A DNA stretch of 64,000 nucleotides, taken from contig CM075988.1 of NCBI GenBank assembly GCA_038087875.1, positions 20,834,001 through 20,898,000 on the forward strand, given 5' to 3'. The notes beneath the pieces are model-generated. The model was not told the DNA's origin and ran no database searches. It saw only the letters and a list, made by a program, of their open reading frames with translations. The translations under genes and the position numbers were made by a program. Below are positions 50,821-62,346 of this stretch, piece by piece. Positions within the stretch are counted from its first letter, which is position 1. Each line of letters starts with the position of its first letter. The stretch is from Malacoraja senta. Taxonomy: Eukaryota.

Positions 50821-50988
50821 GTTCTTCTTCTTATCGAGTCCACACACAAGATTAGAAGTTGTTCAGCCAGAGCTGAACACATTCTCGGCATCTGCATACA
50901 ATGGTGTCTGTCTTGTCGCTTCTTGTGCGTGGTGGTGGAAAGATTGGTGGAAACAGGGCCGCGACGTGAACGCTCTCTCCTTGACCCC
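50821..50988 (-). mobile_element. 168-bp non-autonomous retroposon with ribozyme head and (AAG)n tail
   Basis: TSD gtggcacaa at 50812-50820 and 50990-50998 (10 bp allowing one CpG change); 3' end gactcgat-aagaagaagaa; hairpin 50860-50879. Confidence 0.85.
50937..50988 (-). ncRNA. Putative minimal HDV-like self-cleaving ribozyme (no P4)
   Basis: P1 GGGGUC/GGCCCU with G1-U wobble; P2 GGAGAGA/UCUUUCC; P3 GCG/CGC; L3 UUCACGU; G for P1.1; J4/2 CCAA with candidate catalytic C at 50947. Confidence 0.75.
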
Positions 50989-51761
50989 GGTGGCACAACT
51001 GATAGAGTCACTGCCTCACAGCACCAGAGACCTGGGTTTGATCCTGACCTCCGTTGCAGTCTATGTGAAGTTCACACGTTCTCCCTGCTGCTTCCTGCCT
51101 TTGAAAATCGCCCCCAATGTGTTTGGAGTGGATGCGAAACTGGGATAACATAGAACCAGTGTGAACTGGTGTAGGAAGGAACTGCAGATGCTGGTTTAAG
51201 CTGAAGATAGACACGAAATGCTGGAGTCATTCAGCAGGACAGGCAGCATCTCTGGCGAGAAGGAATGGGCGATGTTTCGGGTCGAAACCTTCCAGTCTGA
51301 AGAAGGGTCTCGACCCGAAATGTCACCCATTCCTCCTCTCCAGAGATGCTGCCTGTCCCGCTGAGTTACTCCAGCACTTTGTGTCTATCAGGTGAATTAT
51401 GGAGGACAACAAGGGCTGAAGGGCCTGTTTTTCCATGGCTATATCTTCCAATCAATCAATCTTTAAAAATGAAATAGATTAGCAATGTTAGATTATTAGT
51501 CAATTACATGATAATGCAACCAACAATATATTAATATCATGGCGCAAATCACCAAAGCAGGGGGTTCTGTGGATTTTATTTTAATTGTATTAAGTTTTGA
51601 TGGACAAAGAATCTTCTTCAGACGCAAAGACCAAAAGTGTAGAGATCGGTTTGCATTATTATGTCATACAATGAATGATCAATGGGCTGTATAACAAATT
51701 ATTTAATCCCCAGCGTTAAATAATGTATGGAATTTAAGCACAATGGAATTAATTTTATCCT

Positions 51762-52212
51762 TTGACGGATCATTTGTCAGCACTGGGCCTGTACTCGCTG
51801 GAGTTTATGAGGGGGGACCTCGTTGAAATGAACAGAATAGAAAAAGACTTGGATAGAGTGGATGTGGAGAGGATGTTTCCACTAGTGTTGGAGTCTTGGA
51901 CTAGAGGTCATAGCCTCAGAATTAAAGGACGTTATTTAAGGAAAGAGATGAGGAGGAATTTCTTTAGTCACAGGGTGGTGAATCCGTGGAATTCTTTGCC
52001 GCCGAAGGCTGTGGAGGCCGAGTCAGTGGATATATTTAAGGCAAAGATAGATAGATGCTTGATTAGTACAGGTGTCAGAGGTTAAGGGGAGAAGGCAGGA
52101 GAATGGGGTTAGGAGGGAGAGATAGATCAAACATTATTGAATGGTGGAGTAAACTTGTTGGCTGAATGGCCTAATTCTACTACTATCTCTTGTGATCTTA
52201 TAATCTTATGAT
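51762..52212 (+). mobile_element. CR1-like LINE 3' fragment
   Basis: ORF 51762-52085 LGLYSLEF...TRGHSLRIKG...WNSLP. Confidence 0.9.
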
Positions 52213-52404
52213 CCTGAATAATTTATGAATTGGTGGCAGCCTTGTAAATACGTTTTTCTGACTTGTCATGTGTTCCATTTAGAGTCATAGTGTGGAAACA
52301 GGCCATTCAGCCCAACTTGCCCACATCGGCCAACATGTCCCAGCTACACTAGCCCCACCTGCCCGCGTTTGATCCATATCCCTACAAACCTGTCCTGTCC
52401 ACAT

Positions 52405-52576
52405 TTCACATGTCGCGGGGTAACGCCTGTTTGGTCGTGAGTGGTCGCCCATAGAGTCGTACCTTTTTCTGGTCGCCGTTGGATTTTCAACATCTTTAAC
52501 ATTTTCAGCGACCCGCTGCGACCATGACGGGTGCCGGCAAGTCGCCGAAAAAATCGCGTAAGTGGGGACAGGCCCT
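52405..52576. mobile_element. Partial MITE family C (right end only)
   Basis: Ends aagtggggacaggccct followed by TAA; shares gattttcaacat with family B. Confidence 0.7.
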
Positions 52577-53289
52577 TAAGTGGCATTTAAAAGACTTTTG
52601 GATAGGCACATGGATATGCAGAGAATGGATGGATATGGCTTATGTAAAGGTAAATAAGTGATGGTCTTGGCATCAAGTTTGGCACCAAAGAGCCTGTTCA
52701 TGTGTTGCTCTGTTTTATGATCTATGTTTAAAATACTGGAGCACTATTGTACAAGACATTGATGTGACCACATTTAGAGTATTGTGTTCAGTTTTGGTCA
52801 CACTGTTATAGGAATATGATGTTGTTGATCTGGAATGGATGCTGAGATTGATGAGGATGTTGCCATCAAGTCCACTCCGCCATTCAATCATGGCTGATCT
52901 ATCTTTCCCTCTCAACCCCATTCTCCTGCCTTCTCCCCGTAACCCCTGACACCCGTACTGATCAAGAATCTGTCAATCTCCGCCTTAACAATATCAATTG
53001 ACATTGGCTTTACAGCCCTCTGTGGCAATGAATTCCACAGCCTCACCACCCTCTAACCGAAGAAATGTCCTTTCTGTGCTGATGTTCGTGTTGGTCAGTT
53101 TGGAATTGCATCTCCTTGGGTCTTTGATCGTATTACTTCCATAACCGTGATGGAACAAGGGAACAGGAGGTGATCATTCCACATCTTGCCATCAGATGCC
53201 AAGACCAAAACTGAAGAAATCTCCCTGCACCACCAGTTAATGAGATTACGGTTAATCTGTTACAATCCGCTTAACTCTGTTCCACGTTG

Positions 53290-53623
53290 GACACAAGAAC
53301 TGCAGATGCTGGTTTACAAAAAAAAAGACACAAAGTGCTGGAGTAACACAGCAGGTTAGGCAGCTTATCAGGAGAACATGGATTAGACAATAGACAATAG
53401 ACAATAGGTGCAGGAGTAGGCCATTCGGCCCTTCTAGCCAGCACCGCCATTCAATGTGATCATGACTGATCATCCCCAATCAGTACCCCGTTCCTGCCTT
53501 CTCCCCATATCCCCTCGCTATTTTTAAGAGCCCTATCTAGCTCTCTCTTGAAAGCATCCAGAGAACCTGCCTCCACCGCCCTCTGAGGATTGGTGAAGTT
53601 TCGGGTCAGGACCCTTCTTCAGA
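53290..53623 (-). mobile_element. PLE remnant split by a CR1 3' end (53385-53588)
   Basis: ggatt duplicated around the (tagacaa)n-tailed CR1 piece. Confidence 0.8.
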
Positions 53624-53870
53624 CTGCCAGAGACCCGGGTTTGAGTCTGACTACGGTGCTGCCTGTACAGAGCTCGCACGTTCTCCTTGTGATCGCGTGG
53701 GTTTTCTCCGGGTGCTCAGGGTTTTCCTCCCACATCCCAAAGACGTGCAGGTCTGTAGGTTAATTGGCTTCTGTAAATTGCCCTGAGTGTGTAGGACAGA
53801 AATAGTGAACGTCGGTCGGCGCGGACTCGGTGGGCCGAAGTGCCTGTATCCACGCTGTGTCTCTAAACCG
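53624..53870 (+). mobile_element. HE1-like V-SINE
   Basis: B-box region, V-domain, tail. Confidence 0.85.
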
Positions 53871-54401
53871 AACAAATGCTTCAAGTAGACAGGGTGATGA
53901 TTTGGAATTTCCTACAATATCGTTAATGAATACACTCTAAGGAAACTTGAATGAATCATTCTCCCACACTGTTATATTTACACCCCCACACCATCTGATG
54001 TGAAATTCAGATAATTTGACTTCCGCCACTGCCTGTCCAACAGAAGTTTAATTTACCTCCACCAGCATGGACAATGAATTCACTTTCCACTGACAGATGT
54101 TGGCGATTATCTCCTCTTAGTTCACAGTATTAAATATCTACACATTAATCTGCTGGGAATCATGTTGATTCTATTATAATTATGCGGACAGAATGACAAA
54201 AAGGAATCTAACTCTTTGGTATTCAGCTCAGGCAGGATGGAAATTTAGTGTCGTGTGGGAGCTGGAGAAACTGAAGAGGGATTTTTTAAACTGATAAAAT
54301 TGGTCCAATTTTGGTTAATATCGAAGATTAATTAACTGTCAGCTTCAGCTTCTGAAGTACATTAAATGCACGCTTCAGTTATCTCTGTATCCCATAATAG
54401 T

Positions 54402-55245
54402 TGGCACGGTGGCGCAGCGGTCAAATTGCTGCCTCATAGCGCCAGAGACCCACGCTCGATTCTGACTTCAATGGTTCCACGGGTCTTTATTATCACACTA
54501 GTCAAAAAATACACAGTCAACATATTTTGGCCCTGCTTACAAAGAAAAGGTCCAAAATCCAAAGTCCAAAGTCCTGCCCAATGCTGGAAGTACTGGAGCG
54601 CCCCAAATCAAGGTAAGCCCAGGTAAGGAAACATATAAAATTCTTAAGGGATTGGACAGGCATGATGCATGAAAAATGTTCCCGATGTTGGGGGAATCCT
54701 GAACCAGGGGTCACAGTTTAAGAATACGGCATAGGCCATTTAAGACTGAGATGAGGAAATATTTTTCAGCCAGAGAGTTGTGAATCTGTGGAAATCCCTG
54801 CCACAGAAGGCAGTGGAGGCCAATTCACTGGATGTATTCAAGAGAGAGTTAGATGTAGCTCTTAGGGCTAACGGAATCAAAGGATATGGTGGAAAAAGCA
54901 GGAACGGGATACTGATTCTGGATGATCAGCCATGGTCATATTGAATGTCGGTGCTGGCTCGAAGTACCGAGTGGCCTACTCCTGCGCCTACTTTCTATGT
55001 TCTAAGTTTAAAGCTACCTGTACGGAGTTTGTACGCTGTCCCTGTGACCGCATGGCTTTTCTCCGACTGTCCCAGTTTCCACCCACACTCCAAAGACGTA
55101 CAGACTTGTAGGTTAATTGAATTCCGTGAAATTGTAAAATTGTCCCTGGTGTGTAGGATGGTACCAGTGTACGGGGTGATCGCTTGTCGGCATGGATACT
55201 GTAGGCCGAATGGCCTGTTTCAATGCTGTATCTCTAAAGTCTAAA
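54402..55245 (+). mobile_element. V-SINE halves (54402-54470, 55016-55245) around a CR1 3' fragment (54624-55005)
   Basis: SINE head, CR1 ETYKILKGLDR...GYG sequence, SINE V-domain and tail. Confidence 0.8.
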
Positions 55246-55837
55246 GTCTCATAGTTTGGAACTGTGTAGCAATTGTTCCAGCAGGTTCTTGAAGTGCAGC
55301 AAGGAGGTTTCGAAGGTAAAAACTCTGATATCTGCTGAAGCTAGTGCAAATGTAATAGTGTTCTAGTGCGGCATGCTATCTATTGGGTATACCTTGACTC
55401 TCAGGGTCAAGGCAGCCAAATGTCCAGAAGTTTGCTTGGATCAGCTTCTAGGCTCAAGATGTTGTACAAGGTGTTGGCCTCACTTCTAATATTGTGTTCA
55501 ATTTTGGTGAACATGCTACAGGAAGGACATTATTAAGCTGGAGAGAGTGCAGGGAAGATTTACATGGATGTTGTCAGGAACTGAGGGCCTGAATTATAGG
55601 GTGAGGTTGGGCAGGCTAAACCTTATTTGGAGCTTGGGAAGAAAGGTCTTGACCCAAAACAGAGATGCTGCCTGACTTGCTGAGTTACTTCAGAACTTTG
55701 TGTCCTTTTGTGTATTAACCAGCTTCTGCATTAAAGTAAAGACTATGATCTCCTAGTGATTGCCACAGTGAGGATGGATAGTTGGTTGCCATAATTTCTG
55801 TATATAAGAAGGTATATGTTGGCAACAAGTCTATGGC

Positions 55838-56233
55838 TGATAGACACACAATGCTGGGGTAACTCAGCGGGACAGGCAGTATCTCTTGGTAGAAAAGGAA
55901 TGGGTGATGTTTTGGGTCAAGACCCTTCTTCAGATTGAGAGTCAGGGGAGAGGGAGACACAGAGATATGGAAGTGCAAGGTGTGAAAACGAGAGATCAAA
56001 GGGGACGAAGTTCAAGGACAATGTAAAATAGATGATGGTTAGCTAGGGGAAGGTGACAACGAGGCATACACAGATCAGGAGGACAGTGAAACTGGTCAGA
56101 GAACTAGGATGGGTTGGAGGAAGGGGTGGAGAGAGAGGGAAAGCAAGGGTTACTTGAAGTTGAAGAAGTCAATATTCATACCGCTGGGTTGTCTGCTGTT
56201 TGAGTGAAATATGAGGACCTGTTCCTCCAAATT
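55838..56233 (-). mobile_element. PLE 3' part
   Basis: pLTR plus endonuclease end (EEQVLIFHSNSRQPSGMNIDFFNFK); possible TSD gtc(t/a)atggc. Confidence 0.8.
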
Positions 56234-56609
56234 GTCAATGGCCGGTGCGTGGTCACTCGATAAATTTATGCCAAAAGTGTCATTCGTAGCGAGGCTTTTC
56301 ATAAATTCATAAACGGATGGCAATTGACATTTGTTTCAAGTCACCAGCAGAAGCATCGCCCACCTTGCTTGGAACAAAATCTTCTCCACCCTGTCCAAAC
56401 AAAACAAGTATAATATCACGCCTTTCTTTTGCAAGACCCTGTCAATCCTAACCAGCTGTGCGGTTGGAAAAATTGAAACAATTTCATTGTTTTCCGTGTT
56501 TGTTTCTCTGCAAAATTCCACGGAAAATACTCAGGAAATTAATACACATCCAGTAATTGTAATTGTTTCCATTTTGGCCGAATGAGCTCCAGTGAACCAT
56601 TTTCTCTTT

Positions 56610-56985
56610 TTTAGTTTAGTTTAGTTGAGAGATACAGTGGGGAAACAAGCCCTTTGCCCCACCAAATCCGCACTGACCATCGGTCACCTGTTCACACTAG
56701 TTCTAGGGTGCACAAAAATGCTGGAGAAACTCAGCGGGTGCAGCAGCATCTATGGAGCGAAGGAAATAGGCAACGTTTCGGGCCGAAACCCTTCTTCAGA
56801 CCACACTAGTTCCATGTTATCCCAGTTTCACATCCTATACACTAGTGTCCATTTGCTGAAGCGAATTAACTTACAAACCTGCACGTCTTTGGAGTGTGGG
56901 AGGAAACCGGAGCACCTGGAGAAAACCCACGCAGTCGCGGGGAGAACGTGCGAACTCCAGACAGACAGCACCCGTAGTCCTGATG
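56610..56985 (-). mobile_element. V-SINE with nested 98-bp PLE element (56704-56801)
   Basis: 11-bp TSD cacactagttc at 56693-56703 and 56802-56812. Confidence 0.85.
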
Positions 56986-57032
56986 GCGTTGAGCTTCTTT
57001 ACATTTGCTGCAGCTCACTTGTACAGTCAACT

Positions 57033-58702
57033 GATATTATAGAAATGTACAAAATCATGAGAGGAATGGATCGGGTAGATGCACAGAGTCTCTTGCCCAG
57101 AGTAGGGGAATCGAGAACCAGGGGACATAGGTTTAACGTGGTGGGACAGATTTAATAGGAACCTGAGGGGTAACTTTTTCACAGTTATGGGTGTATGGGA
57201 CGAGGTATTTGAGGCAGGTAGTATCACAACGTTTAAGAAACATTTAGACAGGTGCATGGATAGGACAGGTTTAGAGCGATAAGGGCCAAACACAAGCAGG
57301 AGGGACTAGTGTAGATGGGACATGGTGGTCGGTGTGGGCAAGTTGAGCCGAAGGGCCTGTTTCCACACTGTATGAATGTATGACTGTATGAATCTGTGGA
57401 AAGTGTACTATTACACACCAGACCTGTATCCGGGTGGAAAGGATTTAAGGTATTAAGGGGCCAGTCACTTGTCATCGTATACCCAACCTCTGATATGCTT
57501 TTGTACTCACAGTATTTATGTGGCTTGTCCTGATGAATTTCTGATCACAGATGACCCAAAATGTTAATAGTTCTTTTGAAGGTTGAGGAGATTTGGTCGG
57601 TAGCTGAAAACTCTGCCAAACTTCTACAGTATACATTTGAGAACATTCAGACAGGTTGCATCACAGCCTGGTTCAGTAACTCGAATGCCCAGGAATAAAG
57701 GAGGCTGCAGAGGGTGGTAGACTTTTCCCAATCCTTCACAGGTACTGACCCCCTCTTCATCCAAGGGATCTACAAGAGCTACTGCCTCAGAAAGGCAGCC
57801 AAAATCTTCAAAGACCCAGACAACCCTGGCCAGGCTCTCATCTCACTACTACCATCAGGAAGAAGGCATAGAAGCTTGCAAACCATGATCTCCAGGTTCA
57901 AGAACACCCTCTTTTCAGTAACCACCAGGCTCCTGATCATTGCACAGTAACCACAACCCAATCCCATCAACCCTACCTCATCAGAGGACATAGGTTTAAG
58001 GTGAAGAGGACATACGTTTAAGGTGAAGAGGGCATAGGTTTAAGGTGAAGGGGGTAAAGATTTAATAGGAATCTTAGGGGTAACCTTTTCACACAAACGG
58101 TGGTGGGCGAATGGAACATGCTGCCAGAGAAGATAGTTGAGGCAGGGACTACCCAACATTTACGAAACAGTTAGACAGGTACATGGATAGGACAGGTTTG
58201 GAGGGAGATAGACCAAAAGTGGGCAGGTGGGATTAATGTAGCTGGGACATGTTGGCCGGTGTGGGCAAGTTGGGCTGAAGGCCCTGTTTCCACACTGTAT
58301 CACTCTATGACTCTTAACTATGATCGATTATGGTCTATGTTTTAGGTGCTCCACAGGTTTCGGTTTTGCACTATTATGTTCTGGTTACATAGATACATAG
58401 ATACATAGAAATTAGGTGCAGGAGTAGGCCATTCGGCCCTTCGAGCCTGCACCGCCATTCAATACGATCATGGCTGATCATCCAACTCAGTATCCCGTAC
58501 CTGCCTTCTCTCCATACCCCCTGATCCCTTTAGCCACAAGGGCCACATCTAATTCCCTCTTAAATATAGCCAATGAACTGGCCTCAACTACCCTCTGTGG
58601 CAGAGAGTTCCAGAGATTCACCACTCTCTGTGTGAAAAAGTTTTTCCTCATCTCGGTCTTAAAGGATTTTCCCCTTATCCTTAAGCTGTGACCCCTTGTC
58701 CT
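57033..58702. mobile_element. Cluster of LINE fragments: CR1 57033-57392 (+), Rex1 57610-57950 (+), CR1 57983-58312 (+), CR1 58387-58702 (-)
   Basis: IEMYKIMRGMDRVD; KAAKIFKDP...LLPSGRR; CR1 3' UTRs; the last copy closely resembles 39470-39787. Confidence 0.85.
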
Positions 58703-59307
58703 GCACTACTGATTATTCATGTATTGCATTATTGATTATTGCATATTTATCTATGTGTTGTTGCATTGATGGGCCTGTAAAGCTGCAGCAAGTAAGAATT
58801 TCATTGTTCCATTGCCAGTATATACTTCAATCAAAAACTATTAACTCTTGGCTCTTGATAGCTAAAGACTGCCATTGGATTGAGTGATAAATCAATTCTA
58901 TGATGTTTAATTTAGTTTAGTTTTGAGAAATGTTTTGGTCCATGAGATAGCATTCAGGTAGAGACTTTTGTGTTCTTAGAAGTTGTTTTTTTGTGTGAGG
59001 GGTGAGGGATACAGTTATATAAACATCAATGTGGTACTAAATCGTAACAGAAATTAATTTTGAGCATTATATGGGTGGCCCAATTTTTCACAGACTTTTC
59101 ATACAGAAAAAAACCCCTCTTCATTAACGACTGGAATGAACTTCCATTGAAATCTGCACAAATTCATCAACATGGAATTAATGGGCATCAGATTGTTTGA
59201 TTGAAGCTGCACAGATTATTTTGCAGGTCCCAGAGGTAAATAATAAGGTGAGAGACACAAGAAATAGTTGATGCTGGAATTTTGAGCAAAATACAAAGTT
59301 CTCGCTG

Positions 59308-59780
59308 GCAATGTGACGCAGCGGTAGAGCTCACAAGTTCACAAGTTATAGCAGTAGAATTAGGCCATTCGCCCCATCAAATCTACTTGCCATTCAATCA
59401 TGGCTGATCTCTGCCTCCTAATCCCATTTTCCTGCCCTTCTCCCCCATAACCCTTGACACCCATTTTAATCAGACATTTGTCTATCTCTGCCTTAAAAAT
59501 AAAGTTGAGTTGCTGCCTCACAATGCCAGAGACCCGGGTTCCATTCAAGCTACGGGTGCTGTCTGCACAGAGTTTGCACGTTCTCCCTGTGACCATGTGG
59601 ATTTTCTCCGGGTGCTCCAGTTTCTTCCCACACTCCAAAGATGTACAGGGTTTGTAGGTTAATTGGCTTTGGTAAAATAATAAATTGTCCCTAGTGTGTA
59701 GGATAGTGCAAGTGTACGGTGTGTGATCACTGGTCAGCATGGATTTGGTGTGCCGAAGGGCCTGTTTCCATGCTGTATCT
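59308..59780 (+). mobile_element. V-SINE split by a minus-strand CR1 tail (about 59331-59503)
   Basis: gcagcggtagag ... gagttgctgcc continuity across the insertion. Confidence 0.75.
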
Positions 59781-60224
59781 CGCTAAAGTATCTGTAAAGT
59801 CTGAAATCTTCTGGAGGAACTCAACAGGTCAGGCAGCATCTATGGAGGGAAAGGGACAGATGTGGTTTGGGGCTAGGACCCTTCTTCACGCTCCTCCAGA
59901 AAGAACGAGGGGATATTTTCACCCTCAATATATTTCACCAATCAGTTAGAGTGAGAGGAGAATGGTGTATTTTTGGATTAGTGCAACTAATCAGAAGCCA
60001 AGTATCAGAAGGAAGGTTGAAAGAGAATTGAGGCAAAGATCCAAACAAAAAAGAGATTCAAGGAAGATGTGGTTTTGCAGATTATGAAGGTTAAACCACA
60101 ATTCGCTCTGTGACAATCTTACCCTCAATAGAACTATTGACAAAGGTTGTTCAACAATATTGGCAAAGACCTGGGCAGGGAAGAATTAAGCTGTGAGCTT
60201 TGCTCATTTGGAAACTATTGTGGT

Positions 60225-60410
60225 TGTGGGGTTCTTGTCCCAGTCCGTAATCCAGGCTGACAGTTCAGTGTTGAGACGTGTTTCTTTGTTCGAGTTACAC
60301 AGAAACAGATTAAATATTTAAAAATTGACTATGAAAGATCTGACCAATGTTCCTTCCTTAACCATTAACTCAATAAAACAGGTAATCTGCTCATTATTCA
60401 TTTGTTATTT
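60225..60410 (+). mobile_element. Possible ancient DeuSINE-like remnant
   Basis: aatccaggctgacagttcagtg and ctgaccaat...aaaacaggtaatctgctcattat resemble SacSINE1/AmnSINE1 segments (from memory). Confidence 0.4.
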
Positions 60411-60729
60411 TATTCTGAATGAGAACATTTCTAAATTTAATAACTAGAAAATGGAACACAGGTCCGGTTTGTCCATGCTGAACACAAAACCAGACTAAAG
60501 TAATCCTTTCTGCCTGCCCAATCCATACTATCCCATTCCCTGCATAAAAAGTGCCTAACTATAAGCCTCTTAAACGCCACTATCAGTGAGTTCTAGGAAC
60601 TCAACTCCCAGTGTAAAAAACATGCCCGACAAATCTTCTTTACCTTTTACCCCTCTCACTTTATGGCTTTGCACTCTAGTCTTTGACATTTCCACCCTGG
60701 GAAAAGGGTTCTATATGCCTATTTGCGTT

Positions 60730-61050
60730 TTAGATTTTAGACTTTAGGCTTTAGAGATATAGAAAAGAGACCCGTCGGTCCACCGAGTCCGCGCCGTCCA
60801 GCGATCACCCCGTGTACAAACACGGTCCTACACACTAGTGAAAATTTACAATGTTACCGGTCATTTAACCTACGAATCTGTACGTCTTTGGGGTGTGGGA
60901 GGAAACCGGAGCACCCGGAGAAAACCCACACGGTCACAGGGAGAAGGTATGAACTCCATACAGACAGCACCCGTAGTCAGGATTAAACCCGGGTCTCTGG
61001 CGCAGTAAGGCAGCAGCTCTACCGCTGCACCACTGTACCGCCACTGTGCT
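60730..61050 (-). mobile_element. HE1-like V-SINE inserted between CR1 fragments
   Basis: Full length; CR1 minus-strand remnants at about 60470-60720 and 61055-61265. Confidence 0.85.
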
Positions 61051-61956
61051 GCCACTATCCGCCTCTCAGAATTTTATATATTTCTATCATGTTTCCCCTC
61101 GGCGTCCGACGCTCCAGGGGAAATAATCACTTCTGTCCAACAACTGTTTATAGCCAGTACTCTCTAATCTGGCCAGCATTTTAGTAAACTTCTTCTGCAC
61201 CCTCTCCACATCCTTGCTATAATGGGGCAAGCAGAACTGCACGCACTACTCCAAATGTGGCCCTAACGTAATCTGAGGATGCTTTCTCCTCTAATTGAAG
61301 GGTCTGTTAACAGTCAGGTAATTGTAACCCAGTGGCTGTAAATCTCCTTGAGTGTTCCGAGAATCTAGGAAATGCATAGTGCTTGGTTCGATGCATCTTT
61401 TGATCTGGAGTTTATTCTGTTAAACATCCCAGGGAGAACACACGGTTATTCTCAAATGACACTGGCCGCCTATACGGAAAATCAAAGTGGAAATCATTAT
61501 GATTGGCCCGGGAAATGTGGCCCTTTCAATTTGATCCAGCTTTCAAGTAAAGAGTAATAGCTAATGGGGAAAGGAGCAGTCAAATTTAATTGTATTGTCA
61601 TTTTTGTGAATGCTTTGGAAAGCCATTTTCCTGGATGTCTCTCCTTTCTTCCGGACAGCGGCACACAGCTGAGAGACAACTTCTCAAATCAGTTTAAAAC
61701 TTGTTTTCACTGCATGATCCTAGTGGTTTATTTTGTCTATTTGTACAAAGGTCTGCTGCAGTCAGGTCTGGTCTGAATTAATGAGAAAGAGCGAAAAAAA
61801 ACATCCTTGCCATTACAATAATGTGATTTGATAATTGATTGTGGGACAAGGATTTTTTATTAATCAATATGATATTGCTCTATTATCGTCATGTGTAATG
61901 GGATTCTGTGAAAAGCTCTGTGTGTTATCAAATCATTTTACAAAAGAGGATACGAA

Positions 61957-62346
61957 ATGCTGGAATAACTCAGTGGGTCAGGCAGCATCTCTGGAGGACA
62001 TGGATAGGTGACGTTTCACAGAGTGCTGGAAAAACTCAGCGGGACAGGCAGCATCTTTGGAGGACATGGATAGGTGACGTTTCACAGAGTGCTGGAGTAA
62101 CTCAGCGGGACAGGTAGCATCTCTGGAGAACATGGATAGGTGAAGTTTCACAGAATGCCGGAAAAACTCAGCGGGACAGGCAGCATCTCTGGAGGACATG
62201 GATAGGTGAAGTTTCACAGAGTGCTGGAAAAACTCAGCGGGACAGGCAGCATCTCTGGAGGACATGGATAGGTGATGTTTCACAGAGTGCTGGAGTAACT
62301 CAACGGGACAGTAGCATCTCTGGAGAACATGGATAGGTGACGTTTC
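61957..62346 (-). repeat. 66-bp tandem array (6 units) derived from the PLE pLTR
   Basis: Units start at 61957, 62023, 62089, 62155, 62221, 62287. Confidence 0.95.

Larger units (their letters stand above)
50803..51460 (+). mobile_element. V-SINE carrying two nested insertions (50821-50988 and palindromic PLE 51169-51390)
   Basis: Head ggcagcacagtggcacaa resumes at 50989; body continues after the PLE to an (aatc)n tail. Confidence 0.8.

Noticed and set aside
61957..62346. CRISPR-like array or repeat protein ORF (61978-62283)
   Set aside because: Units are contiguous without unique spacers, derive from the PLE pLTR, and a 66-bp period keeps frames open trivially
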